This document shows, piece by piece, positions 52,099 to 63,250 of a DNA stretch of 64,000 nt (position 1 is the first letter of the stretch; each line of letters opens with the position of its first letter). The translations under genes and the position numbers were made by a program. Source of the stretch: Scyliorhinus canicula (taxonomy: Eukaryota); NCBI RefSeq assembly GCF_902713615.1, contig NC_052147.1, forward strand, positions 259,256,886-259,320,885. Direction: 5' to 3'. The notes under the pieces are model-generated. The model searched no databases and was not told the DNA's origin. It worked only from the letters and a program-made list of their open reading frames with translations.

Positions 52099-55000
52099 TG
52101 ATGCACGATCAATTGAACAAAGACTAGAGTTGGATACAACTGAGGCTTTATTGCTCTAAGATGTGCGGCCTCCCACAGCAGCTGACGAAATGGCTGCTGC
52201 ATGGAGGACACATATATTTATACTCCGCCTACTGGGTGGAGCCAGCAGGCAGGGACTACCGGCGAACCTGTAGTATAGGTCCTACCATACATCACCTAAT
52301 AAAGGTGTAACGGTGGTTTATCACATTCACCCCCTGTTAAAATTGAGTCCGGTGGGGGTGATGGAGAACTATATACAGCAATGAATTTATATTTACAATA
52401 TTTGAGAGCAAACAAAATGTCTTTTGAAGTCCAGTGGACCAGTTAGAGGTTTAACCGGTCCGGGGCCTTAATGTTCCGCTGGGAGCGCAGTGGTGGCGGC
52501 GATGTCGATGCTGGCCTGATGTTCGGTGACTCCGGGAGCGTGCCGAAATCCTCTTCATCCTTGGGCGTGGGCAGGGGAAGGACGGATGGTCCTGGTGGGG
52601 TGGATACTGGGAGCGCCGGGGGAGGGTGGTGCCAGGCCAGAGGGGTGTGTATTTGTGGAATCTGCTGGTGCCAGGTCCCTGAGGGAGACAGTATCCTGGC
52701 GGCCGTCGGAGTACGCCACGCAGGCATACTGGGGGTTGGCATGGAGCAACTGCACCCATTCCACCAACGGGTCCGCCTTGTGGAATCAGACGTGCCTACA
52801 GAGCAGAACTGGTCCTGGAGCTGCGAGCCAAGTCAGGAGCGACACCCCGGATGTGGACTTCCTGGGGAAGGCAAAGAGATGTTCATGGGGTGTGTTGTTA
52901 GTGGCGGTGCACAGTAGTGACTGAATGGAGTTTAGTGCATCAGGGAGTATCTCCTGCCAGCGAGAGGCTGGGAGGTTCCTGGACCGTAGGGCCAGTTGGA
53001 CGGCCCTCCATACCGTCCCGTTCTCCCTCTGTACCTGTCCGTTTCCCTGGGGGTTATAGCTTGTCATCCTGCTGGAGGCGTTACCCCGGCTTAGCAGGAA
53101 CTGACGCAGCTCACCACTCATGAATGAGGATCACCTGTCACTGTGGATGTAGGCGGGGAAACCGAACAGATCGAAGATTGTGTTGAGGGCTGTGATGACG
53201 GTGGCAGACGTCATGGGATGGCGAAGGGGAATCTGGAGTACTCATCCACCACACTGAGAAAATACGTGTTACGGTCGGTGGAGGGGAAGGGCCCTTTGAA
53301 ATCCACGCTGAGGCATTCAAAGGGGCGGGAGGCCTTCACCAGGCGCGCCCGTTCCGGCTGGTAGAAGTGCGACTTGCACTCCGCACAGACCTGGCAGTTC
53401 TAGGTGATTGTCCGTACTTCCTCGACGGAGTAGGGCAGGTTGCGGGCCTTGATAAAATGGTACAACCGTGTGACTCCTGGGTGACAAAGGATGTCGTGCA
53501 GGGCCCGGAGTTGGTCTACTTGTGCGCTGGCACATGTACCTCGGGAGAGGGCGTCTGGGGGCTCGTTGAGCTTGCCGGGGCGATACAAAATCTCGTAATT
53601 ATAGGTGGAGAGCTCGATCCTCCACCTCAAGATCTTATCGTTCTTGATCTTGCCCCGCTGTGTGTTATTAAAAATGAAGGCTACCGACCATTGGTCAGTG
53701 AGGAGAGTGAATCTCCTGCCGGCCAGGTAATGCCTCCAATGCCACACAGCTTCAACAATAGCTTGGGCCTCTTTTTCGACGGACGAGTGCCGAATTTCTG
53801 AGGCATTAAGGGTGCAGGAGAAGAATGCCATGGGTCTGCCTGCCCGATTGAGGGTGGCGGCTAGGGCAACGTCTGATGCGTCGCTCTCTACTTGAAAGGG
53901 CAGTGTGTCGTCTACTGCGTGCACCCCGGCCTTGGCGATATCAACTCTGATACGGGCGAAGGCCTGTTGTGCCTCGGCGGTCAGGGGAAAGTGGGTGGAC
54001 TGAATGAGTGGGCGGGCCTTGTCCACACAGTTTGGGACCCACTGGACGTAGTATGAGAAGAATCCCAGGCAGCGTTTGAGGGCCTTGGGGCAGTGGTGAA
54101 GGGGGAGCTCCGTAAGGGGGCACATGCGGTCGGGATCGGGCCCAAGATCTCCGTTCTGGACCACATAGCCGAGGATGGCTAAGCAGGTCGTGCTAAACAT
54201 GCACTTCTTGTTGTAGGTGAGGGTTAGGAGAGTGGCAGTGTGAAGAAATTTGGCACGGTTGGCATCGTGGTCCTGCTGGTCATGGTCGCAGATGGTGACA
54301 TTGTCTAGGTATGGGAAGGTGGCCCTCAAACCGTATCGGTCGACCATTCGGTCCATCTCCCTTTGGAAGACTGAAACCCCGTTAGTGACGCCGAAGGGAA
54401 CCCTGAGGAAGTGATAGAGGCGACCGTCCGCCTCGAAGGCAGTGTATGGACGGTCCAATTTACAAATGGGGAGATGGTGGTAGGCGGATATGAGGTCTAC
54501 CGTTGAGAACACCCGGTACTGTGCAATCTGATTGACCATATCAGATATGTGTGGGAGGGGGTACGCGTCGAGCTGCGTGTACCGATTGATGGTCTGGCTG
54601 TAGTCCGCGACCATTCTGTGTTTCTCCCCAGTTTTAACGACTACCACTTGGGTTCTCCAGGGGCTGTTGCTGGCCTAGATAATACCTTCCCGAAGCAGCC
54701 GCTTGGCCTCGGACCTGATGAAGATCCTGTCCTGGGTGCTGTACCGTATGCTCCTGGTGGCGATGGGTTTGCAATCCGGGGTTAGGTTCAAGAAGAGGGC
54801 AGGTGGATCGACATTTAGGGTCATGAGGCCGCACACAGTGAGGGGTGGTAGGGGCCTGCCGAATTTGATGGTTAAGCTCTGGAGGTTGCACTGGAAGTCC
54901 AGGCCTAGTAGTAGGGCAGCGCAGAGGTTAGGGAGGGTGTAGAGGCGGAAGCCGCTGAATTCTACTCCCTGGACCGTGAGTGTGACCGTACAGTACCCCC

Positions 55001-56600
55001 GGATCACCACGGAATGGGATCCGGAGGCCAGGGAGATTCTTTGGTTGGCGGGGTGTACTGCGAGGGAGCAGCGCCTTACCGTATCCGGGTGGATGAAGCT
55101 TTCAGTGCTCCTGGAATCCAGCAGGCAAGAGGTCACGTGGCCGTTGATTTTCACGCTGGTAGATGCGGTGGCCGGGTTGTGCGGATGAGACTGGTCGATT
55201 GTCACTGCGGCGAGTCGTGGTCGGTCGTCGCTGACATCGGATGATGGGGAACATGGGGGGCCCAGGTCCTGGAATGCTGTCGGTGTCCATGTGCTGTGGG
55301 GGAGACAAGATGGCGGCGCGTTAAGATCTTGAGGGGGACAAAATGGCGGTGCCCATGGGCCGCACATTGCGGGGGTTGGACAAGATGGCCTCGTCCATGG
55401 GCCGCACATGGTCTGAGGGAGGGAGGATGGCGGCGCCCACTGGGCGCGTGTGGTCCGGGGAGGGGAAGATGGCGGCGCCCACTGGCCGCGTGTGGTCCGG
55501 GGAGGTGAAGATGGCAGCGGCCATTGTGCGCAAGCGAGGGGGTGGGGGCGATAGCGGCCGCTGCGTGGTACTGGCACACCACGGCGAAGTGGCCCTTTTT
55601 ACCGCAAGCTTTACAAAGGGCATGCGGGCCGGGCAGCGTTGGCGAGGGTGTTTCTGTTGGCTGCAAAAGTAATATCAGGGGCCCCTGGGGTGCGCTGGCT
55701 GGCACGTAGCGCAGGCGTATTGGCTGGGTAAGGCCCCTGCTTGGGCGGCCGTCTGTGGGGTCCACGATGCGTAGGAGGGGTGGGCCACGCGGCTGGGGTG
55801 TAGGCCTGAATGTTGCGCGAGGCGACCATCATAGAGAGAGCTAGCTTCTTTGTCTCAGCTAGATCGAGCGTGGCCCCCTCTAAAAGCCTTTGGCATTTGG
55901 GGTCCAACCCAATCCCCGCAACAAATGCGTCCAGCATGAGGAGATTAGAATGTTTAGTGGCCGTAACGGCCTGACAGTCACAGTCCCGGCCGAGTGGGAT
56001 TAGGGCCCGCCTGAGATTAGGGCCCGCCTGAAGTCTTCGATGGACTCACCAGGGAGTTGAGAGCGAGTGGCGAGTACGTTCCTGGCGAAGAGCGTGTTCG
56101 TCTTCTGCGCGTAATATTCTTTGAGAAGCGTCATGGCTTTGGTGTAGGTCGGCGGGTCCTGGATCAACGGAAAAACGTTGGAGCTCAACCTTGAGTACAG
56201 GATCTGTATCTTCTGAGCCTCCGAGATAGCGCTGGGCGCCGAATTGATATACGCCTCGAAACAAGCTAGCCAGTGATTAAAGTCCTTTTTGACGTCGCTT
56301 GATTACGGATCCAGCTGCAGGCGATCTGGCTTGATACGGAGGACCATCTTTTCAAAATCTTAGAGCGATAAATTGATGCACGATCAATTGAACAAAGACT
56401 AGAGTTGGATACAACTGAGGCTTTATTGCTCTAAGATGTGTGGCCTCCCACAGCAGCTGGCGAAATGGCTGCTGCATGGAGGACACATATATTTATACTC
56501 CGCCTACTGGGCGGAGCCAGCAGGCAGGGACTACCGGCGAACCCGTAGTACAGGTCCTACCATACATCACCTAATAAAGGTGTAACAGTGGTTTACCACA
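52099..56600 (-). mobile_element. Full-length Gypsy LTR retrotransposon (4502 bp), defective gag-pol
   Basis: 227-bp TG...CA LTRs at 52099-52325 and 56374-56600 (7 transitions by eye); 5-bp TSD CTCTT; PPT TTAACAGGGGGTGAA; gag ATG at 56347 with two Zn knuckles; protease LLDSRS; RT (FLRVPFGVTN, YLDN); RNase H (ESDAS, EKEAQAIV); integrase HHCC plus VDFKGP...VVDEYSRF; ends KAPDRLNL* at 52443. Confidence 0.96.
53400..54647 (-). pseudogene. Open RT-RNase H segment of the Gypsy pol (415 aa)
   Basis: ORF track; bounded by a frameshift and a stop. Confidence 0.9.
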
Positions 56601-57089
56601 CTCTTTTAATGTTCCCTTCTGCATCTGCTTAGACTTTAATTCGCTCTGTGTTCTTTTTTGTCATTGGGCTTGGTTTTTTTTTCCTTACTGTCCTTAAATT
56701 TAATTGGTTGAGGAGTTGGTCTGTATTGTCTGGGTCATTCGCTTTTGTCTCAATCTCCATTGAGCTTGTTGTCAGTTCTCACTTCTAGAAATTTGTGGTG
56801 TAAAAATAATTAGAGCTCAAGGGTAAGAAAAGCATTGAACCCACGCAAACGCCACAAGGTTCCACCATCCGATCAATTCGGGACCAATAAATTATGATGG
56901 TTTTTTAAAAAAGGAATAAAGCTTTTTAGGTTTTCCTGTAACAATGTATATGAAACATGAGCAGTCGGTGCATTGCCGATGTGGCGTGCTCCAGTAAAAT
57001 AACCTTTTTCTCGCACTGGTCGTATGGGAGAACTCAATGCAATCTTTATTGCACGTCTAGTTTTTGCTTTGTTTTGCAACCAGGGCCGT

Positions 57090-57775
57090 CATAGATCATA
57101 GAATTTACAGTGCAGAAGGAGGCCATTCGGCCCATCGAGTCTGCACCGGCTCCTGGAAAGAGCATCCTACCCAAGGTTAACACCTCCACCCTATCCCCAT
57201 AACCCAGTAACCCTACCCAACACTAAGGGCAATTTATCATGGCCAATCCACCTAACCTGCACATCTTTGGACTGTGGGAGGAAACCGGAGCACCGGGAGG
57301 AAACCCACGCACACATAGAACATAGAACATAGAACAGTACAGCACAGAACAGGCCCTTCGGCCCTCAATGTTGTGCCGAGCCATGATCACCCTACTCAAA
57401 CCCACGTATCCACCCTATACCCGTAACCCAACAACCCCCCCTAACCTTACTTTTTTATTAGGACACTACGGGCAATTTAGCATGTCCAATCCACCTAACC
57501 CGCACATCTTTGGACTGTGGGAGGAAACCGGAGCACCCGGAGGAAACCCACGCACACAGGGGGAGGACGTGCAGACTCCACACAGACAGTGACCCAGCCG
57601 GGAATCGAACCTGGGACCCTGGAGCTGTGAAGCATTTATGCTAACCACCATGCTACCCTGCTGCCCCACACGGGGAGGATGTGCAGACTCCGCTCAGACA
57701 GTGACCCAAGCCGGAATCGAACCTGGGACCCTGGAGCTGTGAAGCGATTGTGCTATCCACAATGCTACCGTGCTG
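57090..57775 (-). mobile_element. Nested HE1 SINEs in the same orientation (inner copy about 57315-57667)
   Basis: The outer V-domain is broken at CCCACGCACAC and resumes at 57668. Confidence 0.88.
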
Positions 57776-58049
57776 TCAGAAGCACAGCTGGCCTTTAAAA
57801 TGAAGTTAAGTGGCCATTAGTGTTTGAAAGGTTCATGCAGTCAGTTGCAAATATACTTTAAAATGGCTTGTTTTCTAAATAGTGATGAAAGCTTTCTAAA
57901 CTAAAACTGATATTAGCATTTTCTAATCTTAAATGTCCTGCAATATCCATTAGATAGAATTAGAGTCTGATGTTTAAGCACATTTGACTGAAATTCCTCT
58001 TGCCGCTGTTTTTTCCTGTTGAATTGGGGATAAAGGCAATGTCTTTATC

Positions 58050-58400
58050 CAGAGGCACGGAGTAATTCCCTTAGGATATGGGTTCAAATCCCACCAAGAC
58101 AGCTAGCACAATCCAAATTTGGTTAATAAACATGAAGTTGTAAAGCTGCTCTCAGTCATGGTGACCATGCTAACCATCATTGATTGTCGAAAAAAAAAAA
58201 CACCCGGTTCGCTAATGTCCATTAGGAAGGAAATCTGCCATCCTTACCTGGTCTGGCCTACATTTGACACAGCAACATGGTTGACTCTGAGCTGCCCTCT
58301 GAAATATCTTAACAAGGTACTCAGTTTGTGGACAATTCGGGATGGGCAGCAAACGCCAGCCTTGCCTGTGACCCCCTACATCCCACGAAAGAGTAAAGGA
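58050..58400 (+). mobile_element. tRNA-derived SINE, same family as 195-560
   Basis: GGTTCAAATCCCACCA; body AGGAAGGAAATCTGCCATCCTTACCTGGTCTGGCCTACA; LINE-shared tail. Confidence 0.7.
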
Positions 58401-58551
58401 TGAAGAAAAAGGATAACGTAATGAATGTTATTCTATAAAACAGAAATACTTCCTGCAAAACAGGTTTCCAGCAAAATGCCCCTGGAAACCCATGTCAGTC
58501 AGGAATTTGGGATCCCGTGTTGAATTTCCTTCTAATCTTTGTTTTGTTCAG

Positions 58552-58620
58552 GATGAAGAAATTAACCAGCAGAGTCAGCTGACGGAGAATCTAAAGCAGC
58601 AGATGCTGGACCAAGAGGAG
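58552..58620 (+). CDS. KIF5C: KIF5C exon: DEEINQQSQLTENLKQQMLDQEE
   Basis: ttgttcag|GAT ... GAG|gtgagc, 69 nt. Confidence 0.95.
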
Positions 58621-58892
58621 GTGAGCTTTTACTGACAGTAGCCAATGATTATGGTAGCCAGGGTCAAAGGATTGGCAAAAAGTGGGGAGGAACTGCTTTA
58701 AACACTTTTGAGTTTGTCAAATACAATGGATCAGATGGAGCGCTGTTGGGACATGTTTGCTTGACGTGGATTTAAGTGCTAGTTGTCACTGGGATTACAC
58801 TACAGAATCATCTTTCAGTAAAATGTCTTGTGATTGCCATGAGGATGTGGGTCTGGCATAAAAGTGATGGGGAAATGTGTGGCTATTTCCAG

Positions 58893-59099
58893 CTGTTGGT
58901 CTCTACAAGGAGGGATTACGAGAAGATCCAAGAGGAACTGAACCGACTGCAATTAGAAAACGAGGCAGCTAAGGACGAGGTGAAGGAAGTACTTCAGGCC
59001 CTAGAGGAACTGGCTGTCAACTATGACCAGAAATCCCAAGAGGTGGAGGACAGATCGAAGGCCAATGATTTGCTGACTGACGAACTGGCTCAAAAAACG
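58893..59099 (+). CDS. KIF5C: KIF5C exon, stalk coiled coil: [16 protein letters not shown]...[29 protein letters not shown]
   Basis: tttccag|CTG ... ACG|gtaatt, 207 nt. Confidence 0.96.
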
Positions 59100-59429
59100 G
59101 TAATTGTCACAGTTTTGCTGTTGTTTGATTGATCGTTTGGAAGAAAAGGAGACAGTGAGAGAAGAGAATAATTGGCTCACCTTCTCCTACCTTGGTGGAT
59201 GGGCAAGTCCATTGCTAAAAGTGGAAACTTTCCTTAAGTATTCTCCGAAAAGCTTTTGCCCATTATACTATCCAATTTTAAAATGAAAGGAAGATTTCAA
59301 TGCTGAAATTCCTCCATGTGTGCTACAGTCTCAAACTGATATTCAGCACCAAATACTGGCAAGGGCGATGATGGCTTGAGGGTGTGCAATCATGGGTCTT
59401 GCACTATGGGGAAAAAAAACTGCACCCAA

Positions 59430-59715
59430 AGCAAGAAAGAATAGGAATATAGTCGTAATTGGCAATTCAATTGACAGGTCATCAGTCAAGCAGATCTGTC
59501 ACCATCGATGTGAATGCCATATGGTTTGTTGCGCTCCATTAGGCCAGGATATGGGACATCATGGAGGTGTGCAGAACATTCTGCAGGGGGAATGGTAAAG
59601 AGCCTGAAGCCATGGTCCATGTTGGAACCAATGATGTTGGGAGGAGGTGGGCTGATGCCCTGCAAGCAGAGTTTAAGAAGTTAAGGATGAAGTTGAAGAG
59701 TAGAACTAAAAATTG
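59430..59715 (+). pseudogene. CR1 ORF1 SGNH/GDSL-esterase remnant
   Basis: IVVIGNSIDR...MVCC...QNILQGE..EPEAMVHVGTNDVG...AEFKKLRMKLKSRT. Confidence 0.75.
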
Positions 59716-60086
59716 TGATCTTTGAAGTGCCTCGTAGGTTTGTAAACAAACAAGAAACCACATCAAAGGCATATGCTGATCTTACAGCTTCTTAAAGATA
59801 TCAGTCGTTCTCAGTTGGCTGGGTTGCTGGCTTGGATGAGGTTTGATCCTCGTTCCTGCTGGGATGGATTTGTGACCTGCCTCTTTAACAATAATAACAA
59901 TCACAATCTTAATTAGTGTCACTGACTTACCCATTACGGAGATCATGTCACTGTGGGTCAGAACCACCTTTGGGCAGAGAACTCAAAAATAGAAAACTAC
60001 AAATGGAGCTAATTGTGATTTTAAACATTTGTGTCAAATGGTTTTCTTCTAACTTGCAGATTTTCATCTAAACTTTGTATTTACAG

Positions 60087-60233
60087 AGTACCTTAGTGGT
60101 TGTTCAGAAAGAATTCAACCAACTCCAGGAGCTCAGTAACCATCAGAAGAAGAGGGCAACTGAGATACTGAACATCTTGTTGAAGGATCTGGGAGAAATC
60201 GGGGGAATCATTGGCAACAGTGAAGTAAAAATG
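60087..60233 (+). CDS. KIF5C: KIF5C exon: [49 protein letters not shown]
   Basis: tttacag|AGT ... ATG|gtaggt, 147 nt; last exon recognisable in the window. Confidence 0.95.
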
Positions 60234-61084
60234 GTAGGTTCTTGAAAGCTTGATCTGGATTGTTGATGCAGTGCAACAAAGTAGTAACATAGAGCTTCCG
60301 CTCGGTTGAACTATTTCTTTTGGTACAATTTGCCTGAAATTGGCGTGTCGCGTGGTAAAGACTGCAGACTTTAAGGCCAGACCGAGAGTGAGATTTCAAG
60401 GTCCCGCTGAAGGCGACGCCCCACGCCGGGGTCCACACTGGGCAGCCCACGCAAAACACCGCAGAATTTGGCGGAACCATGATCCTGCCTGTGGGCAATT
60501 GCGAGCTGCCCCTGCTGTCAGGTGGCCGTGGGCGGGGTAGAAAGTCCGGCATGAGATTCCGCAATCTTTTGGGCTAATTTAGAACACATTCCTCCAGATG
60601 CTGTCCCCATGCAGGCTGCTGGCCATATCCTCAGCTCAAATTAATTACCATTGGAGTTATCACAAATTGAATTTAGTTATAGACTTTGGACGAGGTTAAG
60701 CTGAATCTTTATGTTCAATTCCAATAATATGCCTTAAAATGCCTTAAAAGCTTTTGAAACTTTTTTCCGCTTACTACAGAAACTTTAAACTTATTAAAGC
60801 AAAAAAAGTAACAAATGGCTTGGCACACATTTTAAATCAATTTTTGGTAATTTTCAGCTCTGTTATTAAAACTGCATCAAGGTGCCAGTCATAGGAATAA
60901 TATTAAAGCAAAATGGGATTATGGGGGTGGGAAGGGGATTTAGGCTATTGACTTGGATGATCAGCCATGGTCATAATGAGTGGTGGAGCAAGCTCGAAGG
61001 GCCGAATGGCCTCCTCCTGCTTCTCTTTTCTATGTTTCTAAAATGTATAGAGTTTTTCACATCCTCCTAATCTTTCAAAGCACT

Positions 61085-61420
61085 TTATACACATATATTT
61101 TTGAAGTGCAGTCACTGTTGTAATGTAGGAACCATGGCAGCCAATTCGCTCACAGGAATGGTTAATTGAGGGGTGAATATAGGCCAAGGCACTGGGTATA
61201 CCTCTGCTGCAAAAATGGTACCATGGGATCTTCCACATCACCAGAGTAGGTCAGTGGGGTCTCAGCTTACCTTCTCATCGGAAAGACAATGCCTCACAAC
61301 CTCTGTAATGCACTTGGTGTTAGTGTAGATTTTTGTGCTTAAACCCTCAAGTGGGTCCTGAACCCAGAACCTTGTGATTCAAAGGGAAGAGTGTGACCCA
61401 CTGAGCCACTACTGACACAT
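61085..61420 (-). mobile_element. DeuSINE (SacSINE1-like)
   Basis: Reverse complement of the Deu domain (CCATGGGATCTTCCACATC, TCTCATCGGAAAGAC) plus a tRNA head. Confidence 0.7.
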
Positions 61421-61629
61421 TTTGGGTAATACTAATAGACCCATTCTTTCTTCTTTCAGCTTGTCAGTCATGACTTGTAGATAGGTTTACCCGGGAATTT
61501 ATTTCACATGACTGAAAAACTGATTTGAAACACTAAGACCGATGCTCAAATAATTAGCAGAGGGGAACTGAAAGAGTGGGACGTTTTCAGTGCATTTGTC
61601 AAGTGTGGCTCAATTTTTAAAAATTAATT

Positions 61630-62340
61630 GTTAAAAAAGTTAATTTACGGGATGTGGGCATCGCTGGTTAGGCCAGCATTTATTGCCCATCCCTATTTGC
61701 CTTTCAGAAGGTGGTGTTGAGCTGCCTTCTTCAACCATTGCAGTCCTTGAGGTGCAGGTTCACCTACTGTGCTGTTAAGGAAGGAGTTCCAGGATGTTGC
61801 CCCAGCGACAGCGAAGGAACAGCAATATATTTCCAAGTCAGGTTGGTGAGTGACTTGGAGGGGAACCTCCAGATGGTGGAGTTGCCAGGTATCTGCTGCT
61901 TTTGCCCTTCTAGATGGCAGTGGTTGTGGGTTTGGAAGATGCTATCTAAGGAACCTTGGTGAGTTACTGCAGTGCATCTTGTGCACACGGCTGTCACTGT
62001 TCATTGGTGGTGGAGGGTTTGAATATTTGTGGAAGGGGGAGCAATCAAGTGGGCTGCATTGTCCTGGATGGCGACGAGCTTTTTGAGTGTTGTTGGAGCT
62101 GCACTAATCCAGACAAGTGGAGAGTATTCCATTACACTCCTGACTTGTGCCTTGTAGATGGTGGACAGACTTTGGAGGGTCAGGAGGTGAGTTACTCGCC
62201 GTAGGATTCCTAGCCTTTGACCTGCCCTGGTAGCCACAGTATTAATATGGCTAGTCCAGTTCAGTTTCTGATCAATGGTATGCCCCAGCATGTTGATTGT
62301 GGGGGATTCAATGAGGGTAATGCCATTGAATGTCATTGCC
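61630..62340 (-). mobile_element. CR1-group LINE 3' fragment of a different family from the other CR1s
   Basis: LGHTIDQKLNWTSHI...IYKAQVRSVMEYSPLVW...IQDNAAHLI; tail GGGATGGGCAATAAATGCTGGCC. Confidence 0.8.
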
Positions 62341-62914
62341 TGCCATTTGTGTGGCGCGAATGTAACTTCCTCTCAGTTCTTTCTCTGAAGGCGGCTAGAT
62401 GTGAGTTTTTTGGGCATCAGTCCTTCATAAACCAAGTTCATAGCCATTCTTCATCCAAGACCAGGCAATTATTGTTGAAGCCTTTTATGACGAACACTTT
62501 GAAAAGTGTAACAGTGATCCTGTTTCTTCTCAATGGTCATTCACCATTTCTAGCAAGAATTAGCCACTCTTCTTTTCTTTCCTCCCACTTTCCACCCAGG
62601 CACACAGAGATTAGTTGTTTTGAACCTCACTGACGTTCTGATTGAGATAAATAGGCCATAGATAATTTATTGAACCCGAATCCTTCTTCATCTGTATAGA
62701 TAATGTCTCACTGGGTAATACATTCATACTTTTTTCCTTTCAGAGCTGAGTTTCCCTTTCATGAGAGAGAGTTTTAAATGTTCGGTAAATAGTGATTTTG
62801 GACATTGTTCTTTTCACTTCTGCGAACAGGGTTTGAAAGTAACCCTGTCATGAGATGAGAGTCTCATCTTGCGAGGATCCTGTGTAAAATGAGCCTTGGA
62901 AATGTCAATCTAGT

Positions 62915-63250
62915 TCTTAGTGGATGTGGGTTCTTAGTATAAGTGGGCAATTTGTTCAGATGTTACTCTGATCCACCTGTTGGATGAGATGCCGAACTGA
63001 GGGCCTGTGTGCCCCTTCAACGGGGCATAAAAGATCTCATGGAATTATCCGAAAGAAGAGCAAGAGAGTTATCTTCATGTTCTGGCCAGTGTTTATGCCA
63101 CAAAAGAAATAGATTATCTGGCCATTACCACAATGCATTGTGTGTAGGTTGGCCGCAGTTTCTACATCACCATAGAGACTACACATTGAGAAGTACGTCA
63201 TATGGCATGAGAGATGCCATATAAATGCAAGTCTTTGTTCCTTCTTTCTT
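62915..63250 (+). mobile_element. Degenerate DeuSINE with L2-type tail
   Basis: GGATGAGATGCCGAACTGAGGGCC...AAAAGATCTCATGG...GAAGAGCA; tail ATATAAATGCAAGTCTTT. Confidence 0.65.

Noticed and set aside
55309-55532. CRISPR-like periodic repeat
   Set aside because: Eukaryotic context, no unique spacers; it is a coding tandem repeat in a retrotransposon
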